NCBI GenBank assembly: GCA_026770705.1
Contig: JANJGN010000053.1
Span: forward strand, 3,410,001 to 3,474,000
Direction: 5' to 3'
Source: Isurus oxyrinchus
Lineage: Eukaryota
DNA length: 64,000 nt
The position numbers and the translations under genes were made by a program. The notes below the pieces were generated by a model. The model worked only from the letters and a program-made list of their open reading frames with translations, did no database searches and had not been told where the DNA came from. This document shows positions 51,073 through 64,000 of this stretch, piece after piece. Position 1 is the stretch's first letter, and each line of letters begins with the position of its first letter.

Positions 51073-52574
51073 AATTCTGATTTTCTATCATTAGGGTTTC
51101 TTCCGCATCTCCCTGATATGGATTTCCTATTAATAAATTTGATGATAATAATTCCATGTCGACTGCCTTAATGAGCGCAAAACTCAGCAGTCAGGGTAGT
51201 TTTTGCCATTCGACTCATTTTGTGAGCTTTCCGAGTTGAAAGGCAACATTTGCCGCTTTCTCTCATAAGATGTAACAAGAAACGGGATGCAATCGAAAGC
51301 CCTTCGCAAAGGTTTGCATTAGGTGCACCAAAAACATCGATTATTTTGTATTCTTAGAATGACCTAAAGGTAGAATTTTCAGCTCACAGTTCTTCACCAT
51401 GATTTTAAATATTTTGTTCAGCGGCGTCAATGTCTTCAATCTGTTGATGTTTTATTACAGTGCTCAGTTGTGAGGCATAACAGCTTGTGTATGGTCTTTT
51501 TGGCATGCTTAGCCAGTTCAATTAGCCAATTGGCGTTTGGTGGTGTTCTGTCTCAGCTTTGGTAGCATCTGCATATTTTTGTGAGCACCCGGCACGTTTG
51601 ACTTTGAGAGGGCCAACAATTTCTAAGTATGATAGTTGACGTAAGGTAACATCAAACTGATACTGGCTTCTTTCTAACCCACATATGTAAAGGCCTCAGA
51701 AGCCTGCCTCCCATCCTGATGTTATTTTTTATTGCTATCAACATCAGTGCTTTGGTTCTCCCATATTACCATCCCACCAAAAGTTGACAGAATGCATCAC
51801 CATGAAGGCGAGAGTTTTCTGCATTGGTAACACAAAAAAGAGAGAAAGGAATTCACGATCTTTCTTCAGTTGGAGACTAACTGACTTGAACAAAAGTGGT
51901 CTAATTGAAATTTACTATACTCTGCAAGTATCAGTGAAATTATACGCACATTCATTGACTTCCCAAGTCTTATTTGCACACAGATCTCTTCATTACGTGG
52001 TTACAGGAACTCATTTACCTGAAGGTGATCCCTTTGCTGACATGCTGTGTTTATGACTATTAACCCCGTGTTGGCCTTATAAGCTCCCTAAGATCGGAAC
52101 ATTTCTCTACAGAACAATTTATGAAATAATGTTGGGTGGCCCTCACCTGGGACCCTTCAATACACGCAAAATTCATGCCAACTCTCTACGTATATCTCTT
52201 TAGCGTCATGTATGGTTTTACCCATATGTAATAGTAGCCACAAAAATATCTTAGTCACCCGATGGTTCTGTATGATATCTAATCCACTGTGATGCCTTTT
52301 CATGCTTCGACACCTGCTCGTTTGTCGTGGACTTTCCATGCCAGTACTAATTAAATCCCTTCATAACGTATGTGAGGCCCTTTCCCCCATGCCTGCATGT
52401 TCCTTCAAATGGGATTCATCAGCCGATCCATTATGGAAATTCAGAAACTCTTCCTTATTTCCAATTCTGGTAATGTATACTCCCACTCCATGGCTTTCAC
52501 TGCCTGTCCATCAAACCGGACATTCAATCACTTTTTTTTATAATGTCCAGTATATTTCCCTACAGTTTCAGATA

Positions 52575-52935
52575 CGTTGGAATGAATTGGCTGTCTTATG
52601 AGGAAAGGTTAGATAGGCTACGCTTTGTTCCACTGGATTTCAAAACTTTGACAGTTTCTAGATTGAGGTACGTATGATCCTGAATTTCCTTGATGCCATG
52701 GATGTGGAAATTATTCCCCCTCTTTGAGGGTGAGACCAAAGATAGGGGGCATTGTTTTACAATGAAGAGTCGCCTTAGAGGACAGAGAGGAGGAAGTTTT
52801 TTTTTCTCTCTCAAAAGTTTGTGTGACTTTGGAATCACTGCCTCAAAAGGCGACGGAAATGGAGCAATGAATAATTTTAAGGCAGAGGGAGATATATTAT
52901 TATTAGGCAATGGAATCAAAGGTTATTGCAAAATA
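52575..52935 (+). mobile_element. CR1 LINE 3' fragment
   Basis: LSYEERLDRL, LFPL.GETK.RGH, FK.E.D motifs. Confidence 0.7.
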
Positions 52936-52944
52936 CTGTGGATG

Positions 52945-55165
52945 CAGGAAATCTGAAATAAAAACAGAAAATGCTGGAAATACACAACAGTTTTGGCAGT
53001 ATCTGTGGAAAGGAGAAGAAAGTTAACATTTTGATTACAGCTGACTCTCCTTAAGAGCGAAAGGTAAATAGAAATGTGATCGAGTTGCTACAATGAAATA
53101 GGGGATGGGGCAGGTGGAGCAAGGTAGAGGTTCAGGGACAGGTGACTGCTGAGAAGAGATTGATGCCAGAGAAAGACAAAGTGATTTGATTGAATGGACG
53201 TGAGACAAAGGGAGTGTTAATGAAAATGTGAAAGAGTAAAGACTGTGCCGGGTTTGGCATAAAGGTACAAAAGGTGAAGCTGTTAAGAGCAGAACAGGGT
53301 TCAGTGCTCTGTGAAAGAATTACATAGAAACAAGAGAAGGCTCTTTGGGGCAGGGAGGCTGCAAAAAAGAATTAAAACTGAACAAAAATAACATGAAAAA
53401 AATAAAAATTATGCTGCCATGAATACAAAAATTAATTCAATAGGTAAATAAAAGTTCTATTTTTGAAAGTTGGTCAAGGTGGAGGAGGTCAAAATCATTG
53501 TTACGTCCACGAGGCTGTAACGTGCCTAATTGGAAGATGTGATGTTGTTCCTCCAGTTTCTATTGGGTAATAATGGAAGTCGGAGCAGGATCTGGAAAAA
53601 GATGGATTTTGCTTTCAATTTACATCCCTGTTTCATCTTCACGTCGCCCATCTGTGACATTTTCCTTCCCATCTTTGACCTCTCTGTTTCAATTCCTGGT
53701 GATAAGATGTCCACCAACATTCATTTCAAGTCCAATGACTTCCACAGGTACCTCAACTATAGCCGCTGACATGCTACTTCCTGCAGGGGCTACATTCCGT
53801 TCTCTCAGTTCTACCAATTCCACTGCATCTGTTCCAATGATTCTGCCTTCAATAATGGCGCTTGCCTCATGCCTTCCTTCTTCCTTAACCAATGTTTACA
53901 TCACGATGGTTGAAAGTGTCATCAACAATTTCCGACTCATCTCCCCCAACTCTGCCTTCACTATTACCCCTCCTTGCCGGAAGCATATAAGAGCCCTCGT
54001 TGTCCTCACTTGTCACCCCATCAGGTTTGATATTTTATTTGATAGCGTTTCGGCCTCCTCTATCACAATACCAGCACTAAGCATATCTTTCCCTCACCAT
54101 CCCACCCCATCCCCCCGCCCTCTCGCCAACATTGGCACGGTGACAACCTGGTCCAGTCCTCCATCACTCCTGAAACATTATCCCCTTCCCAGAGCATCTT
54201 CCCATGCAATCACAGAAAATGCAAATCCAGCCCATTTAGCTCATCTCTCTTCTTAATACACAACCTCAAGGATTCCTTTCAGGTGAAGGAGCACTTCACC
54301 AGCTCTTCCTTCAATTTGGGCAGCTGTATTCGCTGCTAGAAAAGTGGTCTTCTCTACTTTGGAGAGATTAAACGCAGAATTGGTGACCGATTTGCATAAT
54401 GCCTTGGCTCATTTCATGTGCATGACACATAACTTTCTGCCGTCTGTCTTTCAACACACGACCTTGCTCTCATCACAGTTCTACATTCTCGGCCTGCTTC
54501 AAAGTTCTGGCGAAGCACAATGGAACCTGAACAGACAAAACCACACTTTCCGATCAGCAGCTTTTCAGTCTTCCAGAATTAAATTTGAGGTCAATAACTT
54601 TAGACCATACCTTTGTCATCCATCTTTACGTCTTTTTTATACATTTCTTTCTTTTTTCCAACATTTTAACTTTTATTTGTTTTGTTTAAAAATGTATTAA
54701 TCTATTTTTTAGCCATTTTACGCATCCCACCACATCCAGTGACCCTCACCCCCAAGCCCATTGTGCCACCTATCACTTGTCTTCATGTTGTGATTTCACA
54801 GAGCTCTGACCCTTGCTTTGCCATTAACACGTTCTGGCCTTACTTAAATGCGACAACCAACACCTTATTTAGTGTTTTCCACTACTTTTAACACTCACTA
54901 TGTCTTGTGTCTGTATCATTTCTGTCAATTTTTCCTTAGCTGTCACCAAACCCTGACTTTCATTCTTGTTCCACCTGCTCCACCAGCTCTTCAACAACTT
55001 AAAATCCAACACATTTCCCCTCCTCTTATGTACAAAGAAGGGTCATACGGACTCGAAAGTTTAATTATGTTTCTCCCTCCAGAGATGCTGCCAGATCTGC
55101 AGTCTTTTCCCAGCATTTTCTCTTATCATTTCCGATTTCCATCATCAGCGCATTTTGCTTTCTTT
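52945..55165 (+). mobile_element. Older family A PLE: inverted 5' terminal copy (52945 to about 53560) plus RT C-terminus, GIY-YIG and 3' terminus
   Basis: FAFNLHP..FT...LPIFDLSVSI...TNIHFKSND.HRYLNY; SFQVKEHFT...CIRC..SGLLYFGEIKRRIGDRF (about 54275-54395); terminal motif in opposite orientations at both ends. Confidence 0.8.
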
Positions 55166-55169
55166 ATCT

Positions 55170-55760
55170 ATCAAAACATTGAGTACAAATGCAAGGAATT
55201 TATTCAGAACGAGTATGTTGCTTTGTTCGCCCACAACAGCATTACTGTTCCGTGGTAGGTTCATTAATCCTCAGAAAAGGATAACTGCCTCTTTGGAAGG
55301 AAGCACACGTTATTTACCAGAATGGTTTCAGAAATATTACATTTTCCTTCTAAGTTTTCCTTGCGGCAGCTAGTGTTGCTCTGCCTGAAGCAAAATAGAT
55401 TGATGGGGGATCTGATGACAGTGCGCAAGATCGTGATTGGCTTAGATGCATTAGAGAAATAAGTTTCCAATCCATCAGACGACTTTGCAAACGAGGGGCC
55501 CAGATTTAAGCTGTTAGGACCAAGAACTGGAGAGAAAGGGGTATTAACATTATCATGCAGTTAGCACTAAGGGGTTGGAACGTCCTGCCTATGAGCTTGG
55601 TGGGAAATGGAGTAACCAATTATTTCAGTGAGAAGCTAGAAAACGCTTATGCAAAATATACCAGCGGGACTCTGATAATAGATTCGGGAATGGGAACGAT
55701 TGGTTCGCTGCTGGGCGTGCCAACAAAATCTGGATGGACTGAATAACCTCTTCTACGGTT
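55170..55760 (+). mobile_element. CR1 LINE 3' fragment
   Basis: IEYK.KE, RL.GDL..V.KI, RG..FK motifs; tail tggactgaataacctc. Confidence 0.6.
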
Positions 55761-56576
55761 TTGATGACTTAAGGACTATTAATCAGGATACAAAATATCA
55801 TTATAGAGTCACCAACTGTTCTTTTTAACTTCACGTCAGTATGAGCAACAAAGGCACTAAAAACGTTTACAAGTCATGGGGTAGAACTTTGTGTCCCCCT
55901 GCCGGCGTGTTTGTGGTGAGTGTAAAATCTGCCAGATGACCATCTGGACGTGTTCACGCAAGCCCAGACCTCGACACAATTGTACGACGCGGCGGGGGAG
56001 TTCTACCCACCCTTATGCAATTGAAGCCATTAACTGGCCAATTTTTGAAAACTTAATGTTTGTCTCCGCCCAGCCATAATGCTGTTTAGATGATGATTTC
56101 AAGTTGGGGTGTTTGGGGGGGGGGGGGGGGGGGGTGGGGGGGTGGGGGGTGGTGGTGTTGGGGGGAGGACTTACGGGAGTGCTGGTGTTCCATCAGCAGC
56201 CATTGTCTAATACCGATAGACTGCTCAAAAACCCTCACGCTTGCGGGGTTCCTCCGCTCCCCCGCCTCTCAACAGACACCCCAAATATGTTTTTTTTCGC
56301 CTCCTCCAACCTCACCTCCCCTACGTATCCTGAGAAATCCAAAAACTATTGTTTCTCTAGGGCTAAGGCCTTGGGGACTTCTTCCGGAACTGGGACTAGC
56401 GAAGAGTTGGCCAGTCAGTTTCACTCTCAGATCTCTGAGGCGGGACTTACTCCCGATTTTTCGTCGTAGGTCCCACCTGAATCTAATAAATGCACGTTGA
56501 AACACTGAATGGCTGCCGGACAGGCAGTATCAGGGATATATTGCCATCCAAGAAGACCTGTTCACATGTGGGTAAG

Positions 56577-57396
56577 TCTTATGGCACTGCAGTTAGTAAA
56601 GATTGCATTGTTTAAATCCCGGAGGGAAACTTGAACAGCTATCATAACCTATATTTTGAATAGGTATTTTTCAGATGCAGTACTGAATTCATGAATAAGA
56701 CCATCAAGCTGCAAGAGTATTTTTAATGTAAAACTAAATTAAAAGTTTGTTAAATTAACAACGAATTAAACAAATAAACATGTCTACAAATTACTAGCGT
56801 AATAATGAAGTTAAAAGAATCCCTACAACAATAACTACCACGTAAATCTTCACAGAGGCAATAAGAACAGATAGATTTTAAATAGACACCATGCAAAACA
56901 CATTTGACCTTAAAAAATCTAAATTAGGTTCATTTCAATTTGTTTCCTTTTCAGACAGAGTTGTGCACTTACAGACTGATTAGATCTGAAATGTCACTGA
57001 CAGATGCAAACAAACACCTTTTTGTCTAGACCGAGCTTAATCTTTGAATGTAAATTTTCTATTGTAATGTTTAAAAAAGAAACCGCTCTTAGAAATATTC
57101 TTTTCATTCCATAAATTTAATTTGTGATATAAACACATTGCGTGGCGTTTCCCGGCTTGGTGCAAGATTTTACATATTCTTTTGAATTGTTTCTTCAACT
57201 GATGCAAAGTTATGCTTTACTTTCTACACCTCCCGTTTACCATAATGACACCCCAACCTACTATGCATCTAAGCAACCAGGCTAGCAGGCTTTAATCCAA
57301 TTAAGACCCACAGAGCCAAACAGAGGCAGGCTAAAAAAAAATCCAATTTAAAATAATTTCCAATTCCAGTATAGAAAATAATATTTCTTCATGACA
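56577..57396 (-). repeat. Solo LTR of the element 2/3 family
   Basis: tcttatggcac...ttcatgaca, homologous to 35007-35759; TSD gtaag/gtagg (56572-56576, 57397-57401). Confidence 0.8.
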
Positions 57397-57449
57397 GTAG
57401 GATATTTGACTGAAAATTGGCTTGAGCCTTCAGTTGCTCATCTGTCGTT

Positions 57450-58770
57450 ATTCCTTGCATAAGCCTCAGATATACGAGAAAATCAAGTTTCCCACAATAA
57501 TCTAAGGCAATCAGAGAATGCCTGTCAGCAACTTCACCACCCGAGAAAGAATTGTGTGAGAGACTGGAAAGATAAAAGGAACTGTTTAGAATTCGAGCAA
57601 AGAAGGAGAGTGTTATAGGAAGAAATTGAGGGTGGAAGACTTTAGTAGCTCCTATAGCCTTACGAACTACAAAATTGGACAAATCACAACTTCGTTAAAA
57701 TGTACTCAGTCACCTTTTCCATCATGCAGCCTTGATTCTGAAATCGGACGCACTAAAGCTACCCTGCACGACAATCGGAACTTTGCTCATTGTGTGCTAC
57801 TCAACATCATGAATTGTACAAAGGTAAGCACTTTTATTCCTGACAAGTTCTCCGTCTACGTCAAATTCCCCTTGGAGTGCAAGGTGTCTCAAATATTTGA
57901 GCAGCGGGCAAAGCAAAAAGTATTTTTTCACTGTGGTAGTGCAATAGTGGCACAGTGTTGCCAACAAGCGAAAATATGATCTTCTTACCACACAAATTAG
58001 TAACGTGCTGGATGAGTTCCATAGTTTCTATGATTATTGCTTTCTAGGCGATATGTCCCAATGACTGGTGCATCGTTTCAACAACAGTTCAATTCTATTG
58101 CTTCTACTGACCCGACTCAAGCACCCCGTTTTTGTAAAACACAGGAGAAACAATCAAACTTTAAAATAAAAATTAAAAAACTGCGGATGCTGGAAATCCA
58201 AAACAAAAACAGAATTACCTGGAAAAACTCAGCAGATCTGGCAGCAGACCTGATGAGTTTTTCCAGGTAACTATGTTTTTGTAATCAAACTTTAAGTGTG
58301 ATTCAGCAATTGGGGAGACTTACATAACAATCTCCAGTGTATTGAGATTTACACTCGCACTCAATATAAGATTAACAAACGGCTTGCAGTCAGGCTCACT
58401 CACATTTGCTAGTACCCTTTTATGCAGCATTCAGACGCAAGGCATTGTCCCATGTAAATACAATAACATGCCCAGTCACTGCGCCTTATTTAAGTAAAAG
58501 GATTGGGGTTCAAAATTTCCTTGGAACATTCTTAATGCCAAAACATCGAAAATATTAACCGATTTGCCTGCATTGAATTTAAAGAAACGATTGAGCATAT
58601 TTGTTGCTTGTGCATTGCTCATGAAAACACCTCAAGAAATCAATGTCCGCTTGCCAACCAATCAACATTATTTTTCAAGCATATAAATTATTGTTACATT
58701 TTAAATTTGGAATTCTAATGGATACTGTCCTGATGACTGAAAACTAAAAGCTTCCACAACATGTTTATCT
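57450..58770 (+). mobile_element. Penelope-like element family B, decayed
   Basis: SYSLTNYKIG...SCSLDSEIGRTKATLHDN..., VYVKFP, TTQISNV; homologous to 23400-24350; hammerhead-like remnant ctgatga...aaaagctt at about 58728-58755. Confidence 0.7.
58165..58282. mobile_element. 118-bp fold-back young PLE-terminus insertion
   Basis: 13-bp TSD aatcaaactttaa (58152-58164, 58283-58295); the sequence reverses on itself at about 58241. Confidence 0.9.
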
Positions 58771-58789
58771 TTGGAGCCAGATTCAAATC

Positions 58790-60590
58790 CACTACTTATG
58801 AACATTTGGAAACAGTTGTACAAGATAACAAGTAACAGGCTGATTAACGAAATTGAGACTTATCCAACAGGAGAGTCAGTGGCCAACGGGCCAAAAGTAA
58901 ATAAATACATGGAGTAGAAAACAGCGAGTGGTAATTATGATTTTTTTTTCAGTTTGCTGATTTTCGGCAGCAGTATTCCAAATTGATGACCGATGGCACC
59001 ATTACGTTCTGTTGCAAGATGTACACAGATAGGATCTTGGGTAACCGAGTGAAATTACAAACTTTGCTCGTAATGCCAAACCAAGAGGAATGGAAAACAG
59101 TGACGATGGTACAAATCAGCTGAAAAATATACAAAGTCCAGAAGACTGGGCAGACAAATGACATATGACATTTACCAAAGGGAACAGTGATGCTGTGATT
59201 ATTTTATTAAAATAAGTTATATGAATAAGTAATGTGGGCATAATGGCAGAGCTACAACTAAAGTAAAGGAAGAGAGGGATGTGTTGCTGCAGGTGGTTAT
59301 AAAGGCATATTGGACCTTTGGTCTTATAAAGAGTAGTGATGAGATCAAAAAAAAGAAATTATATTCTTAACATTTCTAAACAACTGGTGATGACCCAAAT
59401 GTATTAATGTTTCTCATTCGTCCAGGACTCTTCAGGAATGATGCGAGAGACTTTGTGGGCTGGCACAGAGATTTAGAAGATGAGTTTCCATAATGGGAAA
59501 TTTTTGTCGTAAAATTAGTTAGGAAAAGCTGGGATTGTTCTTCTTTATGTAAAATAGGGGTGGAGATAGTTGATAGATTACTAAAAGGTTATAACATAAC
59601 TCAGTAAGGGAGTCAACGAAAACATGTTCCTCTAGCCTGATGGTTCTAGCACTATGGGTCATACATTCAATGTCAAGAGCTAAAGATACATCGGGAATAT
59701 AACTCGGATCGAGTCCTTCAGAACGCAGAGGTTGTTAGTGGCAATTAGAACGCAGCCCAAGATGTGACTGGAAGGGGAATCAATCAATTCCAGGGCACTT
59801 TGCACGGCAGAACGTCTCTTTCCTTCATTCATGGAGTCGGCTGAATTACATTCCCGCCTGCCAAGGCTACCAGCGCACACTCTAACGAATGTTAAGTGGT
59901 TGAAGTTAGGGCTTCTGCCCTACCCGCTGGAGGAAGTCCGCCTCAGAAAACTGATGGCCATTCTGATCGAGTGCTAACCGTTTTGCCTTGTGTGTAGGAG
60001 TTGCATTAGCCAGGACTAGCACGGCCAGCTCTTCGCAGAACATAAGTCCCGGGATTCCAGGGCCAAGTTAACCATGGGACGGCCATGTCTCAAGTCTGGC
60101 CAGGTTAGTTGAAGGCTGGCATGGAAGTGGTGGAGAGAGAATGTCGGTGGAGAAGCCGGGTGTGGGCATTATACCCCGCAGGGCTCAGCCATTCCTACCA
60201 GAGGCCTGAATATGGTTAACTTGCTGGCTGCCCCACTGTCCCACAACTCCTCCGGCCAGCCTGAAAATTGGTTCTGGGTGAGATATGGCACTTGAATGAG
60301 CGATCATGGACTATTTAAGAGCCTCAAATGAGGTAGGGGCTGGTGGGTTGTTCTCAGCTTCGCCCATCCCGGCATAATATTCCGTAGGAGGGAACCCGTG
60401 GGAAGGCCTTCCAGAAATTTGATCGCTACCCTGTGCATTCAGAGGAAGTTGAATTCTCCTCTAAAGATTTCAAACGGTACTTGAATGTGCACTTGAAGTA
60501 ATTAAGCTGGAACTGCTATGGGATACAAATGATGGTTCAAGCATGTCTATATAGCTCTCAGAGAACCCAGCATACACACCGTTGACTATA
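58790..60590 (+). mobile_element. CR1 LINE RT/3' end interrupted by a GC-rich insert (about 59790-60460)
   Basis: QRVVI, WADK..M.F, YK.LV.., L.KLGLFF motifs; the 3' tail resumes at about 60470. Confidence 0.55.
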
Positions 60591-60594
60591 TTCA

Positions 60595-60927
60595 GGAAGG
60601 TGGTAGCAATGCGATACTGTCATTCTACTAGCATTGTGGCCTGTGTTCGAAATCCACGAAGGCAAATTTTGAAATTCGAATTCAAGAAAAATCTGGAATT
60701 AAAAGTCTGATCACTAAGATATCATTTTTACTTGTTGAGCAAACGCTTCTGGTTTAGTGACGTGCTCTTGGGAAGGAAATCAGCCTGCATTTCCTGTTCT
60801 TCTCTGCATGTAACTACAGACACACAGCAATATAGTTCACACTGAAACTGTCCTCTGAACAAGGGCTATTGCGAAGGGGCAATAAATGACCGATGCCCAA
60901 ATCCCATTAGCAAATTGAAAAAAAAAC
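60595..60927 (+). mobile_element. HE1-type SINE
   Basis: gttcgaaatcc...gaattcaagaaaaatctggaattaaaag...gggaaggaaatc...gggcaataaatg...A tail. Confidence 0.75.
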
Positions 60928-63289
60928 ACACCTTCTTATGCGTCCTAAATTACTCAGTTGCTGTAGATTCCATCATTGCATTGGAATGCACCAAACATCG
61001 AAACTAATGTATCTTTTGGCAGTTCAGAATGCTTTACTGTTTTGAAGGCAGACAGAAGCTATTATATCTGTCTAAGCGTTAAAACGGCAAAACAGATTAG
61101 AGAGCTGATTTGCACAGCATTGTTGAAAACAAGTGGTTGAGTTTAAGTAACTAGCTCCAGGCCTGACACTGACCTAGCTTTGCAATAATGTACAATGCAA
61201 GAAAATATTTTATGCGGTGGAAAATTAATTCTAATTCATTTGATACTATAGCAAATTTTATATCTCTTCCTTCACTCGAGTGTATGATCACTTTCAGAAG
61301 TAGGTAAATGGAAACAATTAACTTTAATGTTAAATTCAGTTTATAATCACAGAGCAGTCACTGGCAAATTTGGTAAGCACATTTAAACTCAGGGCATTAA
61401 AATTCTTGATTAACCATAAGAAAGGGAAAACAGATTTGCTTGCCTTGCCTTACCCACTTCCATTCATTTGTTCGCTCAACTACAAGTTTCATTTTGGAGG
61501 GATTTAAGAACCCGGCCGCCTGCACTAAATTTCGGCAGGTTCAGAAATTAACACTCGTATTAAGTTGCCTCTAACTCCAAGGTGCAGTATGTGGACTTTA
61601 CGATTCATCCCATTCTTCGTGCTAGTGAAACAATTCAGAGACCGATACATTTTCACGTCCCAGTCACCATATAGTTCAGGAACCGGACTCGGCTGGTCCC
61701 ATATCAGTGCTGCCAAATTCTGGTCAAGTGTTATTTGTCCCTGTGCTCTCTTTAGAAGTGTTCTGTTCCCATGCTATTGTGTCCGCCAACACATCTCTCA
61801 AACGTAATTTCCTCACCCGCCCCGGCATTAAATCCCATCTAACATTTTTGTGCTCATTCTGCTCGCCTATGGAGCTATCTATTTTGTTGGAATTGCAACA
61901 CTCTCCGTTGCACCACGCATAGCACCATTGGCAAACTTTGAAAGTGTCTTTCACGTTCCACAGTGGCTATTTCACTGCACATTGTAGAGCACCACTCTCA
62001 AGATCTTCCAGTCTAAAACACAACCATTTGCAAGGAATCAGACTCTACTGTCCTGAAGTATTTTCATCAATGCTGAAAAACTTCCTACTTTTCCATCTAT
62101 CCAATCAGACGCCTGCTGTTCTTTTCCTCAGGCGCTTCACCCAGGAAGTAATGGATATTCATGGACTTACATCCATCTAATAGTCCCTTTTGAGGAGCAA
62201 CCAGTCCACAGGTCAGAAGGAGCAGGAGTGATTATCCAGGGGTTAATGTCATTCTCTTCATCGGGGTGCAGCCAGGGAGGTAGCGGGATCTCATCTATCA
62301 CTAATCTGTTTGTTAAAATGCCTTCTAAACATGCCAGGAAAACGCCCAGGATATCCCACGAAAAGAAAAATACTTGTATGTCCTTTTTCACACTCCAGAA
62401 TCCCTCACACCTCGTTTAATTTGCTTAGCTCCCACTTGAAAAATTTTCCGACATGGCATCATTTTGTTAGTTATATCATGTGCTCTTCCTCCTCCTATGT
62501 CCAAGCACCTCTAGCTTTGGTTCCATTCTCTATAGCCGTTAATATATACAGTCCAGTCTGTACCTGAATCGTTTCCGACTTAATGTGGCTCAAAGAGTTT
62601 TGTGCGAGCTATTGGGTTAAATTCATGCATCACTGGCACCATAACTTGTGAAAGAGGGAATGTTACCTTTGGGCTGACTCCCTTTAAATGGAACTATGAT
62701 CCATGACTCGGTAAATCCTACAAGTGTGAATATGTGAGAGAGTAAAAGGGTGCAGCGGAGTTTATCTAAAAGCAGACTTAGAAACCTCATTTGAAAAAGA
62801 AAAGTTGAGAGTCAAACTGAAAAACAGTTGGAATGAAGTGAAGCATCACACATCAGGTTATGAGGAGAGAGATTAACGATCTTAGTGGCTTGCAAATAAG
62901 GTCCACCTAACGAATAGCAGTGAAAACTTAAATATTAGGGCGCTTTATATGAGTCAGTCAGGACTAATGTTTTCACCATAAGGTAGATGAATAAGAGGAA
63001 CACGACTGTTAAATTGCCACAAAGATAATCCAATAATTATGGAGTTTATTATCAATGTACCATTTGTTTAATCACATTGGCAAATGTCGCCTGCAAGATA
63101 AGTCTATATTTCATGGTATTTGCCCGGAACGTGACAATTCAAAACATTTGAGGGATAAGGCTAATTATCATTCAGTTCTGTACTGTAAAATAAGTTCCAT
63201 CAGTAATTACATTTGGAAACTCTGCTGGTAAGCAATGGTTATGATAAATTCATTTTGTAGTTAGGTTTGAACGACACATTCAAATTGCG

Positions 63290-63467
63290 AACTAAAAGGA
63301 AAATATTGTGAATGCTGCAAATCTGAAACAAAAACAAAAAAGCTGGAAAATTCCAAAGCTCTGAGGAAGGATCTTACAGTCTCGAAAGATTGACTCCCTG
63401 CTTTTTTTTTTCTCTCCACAGATGCTTCTAGGTCTGCTGAGATTTCCAACATTTTCTGTTTTTGCAC
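63290..63467. mobile_element. Old inverted (fold-back) PLE terminus
   Basis: gaatgctgcaaatctgaaacaaaaac...gctggaaa joined to ctctgaggaagga...cgaaa...ctccacagatgc...ttccaacattttctgtttt. Confidence 0.6.
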
Positions 63468-64000
63468 TTGACACTTCTAGTTCAACAAAGCAGGTCAGCC
63501 AATAGACTAAAACATGCACTGGTAAAAGAGCAGACCGAAACATATATAGAAACAATCCAAAATAATATAATATCCGAATGAGCAGAATCCCAGAGGACCT
63601 GCCTAGAATTCATGTTAAGTCATCCATGTCGCCAATGTAGGCAAACAAGAAATTGTTTTGGGTTTTTCGGTTTTTTTTGTGCACTATAGTGTGAATTTGT
63701 GAAGCATCTTTGTGGCGTTGGCGACGTCAGCCAGGTTCGCAGGCATTGATTGCGTTCATCAGTTCCATGATGTTGCACGCTTCTGTGGTGTCACACAGAT
63801 CTAATTGTTCGGCGATGTCAAACCACAGGTTTGGTGAACAGGAACAATAATGCCAAATGTCAATTTAACACGAGAATTGTTTGATGGGATTTGCTATTCA
63901 GATGACAGGAATGGTTGTCAAATTGCACATAAGTGGAACATCACTGAGAAAGTAAAAAAAATAAATTTGATTAAAATGAGAGTTTTAAAATGTGGCAAAA

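Noticed and set aside
51600-51800. Possible hAT dimerisation motif (WW...IAIKI) on the minus strand
   Set aside because: Too short and frameshifted to support without an HMM search.
53573-54256. Longest ORF (227 aa, Ser/Pro-rich)
   Set aside because: It is an alternative frame over decayed PLE RT sequence, not a gene.
56105-56165. G-run with G-quadruplex potential / Gly-rich ORFs
   Set aside because: Low-complexity tract inside a repeat; similar runs occur at 6915 and 11790.
61550-62400. Coding-like stretch on the minus strand (possible integrase or Tx1 remnant)
   Set aside because: I could not recover a diagnostic motif by eye; needs BLASTx.
1-64000. Many short ORFs in the six-frame track; prokaryotic systems such as CRISPR, operons or defence islands
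   Set aside because: The DNA is vertebrate repeat-rich sequence; the ORFs are chance frames or transposon fragments, and no regularly spaced repeat-spacer array is visible.

Overview
Eukaryotic, repeat-dominated vertebrate DNA, most likely from a cartilaginous fish (shark), judged from HE1-type SINEs, CR1 LINEs and GPR139-like receptor relics. I find no intact protein-coding gene, rRNA, tRNA or CRISPR array. The window holds two GPR139-like GPCR pseudogenes, three decayed Gmr1-type (integrase-before-RT) Gypsy LTR retrotransposons plus a solo LTR, a PIF/Harbinger transposon, many CR1/L2/SINE fragments, two families of Penelope-like elements (PLEs), and a retrovirus-like provirus (tRNA-Asn PBS, CCHC Gag, two RNase H domains) nested in one Gypsy element. 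The most unusual signals are these. (1) A young PLE terminus recurs as fold-back insertions of 118, 257 and 1095 bp with 13-15 bp TSDs. (2) One of them holds an exact 79-bp copy of DNA lying about 1.15 kb downstream. (3) The terminus carries a minimal hammerhead-ribozyme fold with a non-canonical core. (4) The provirus may be lokiretrovirus- or foamy-like. All homologies were recognised by eye, with no database searches, and boundaries of old elements are approximate.
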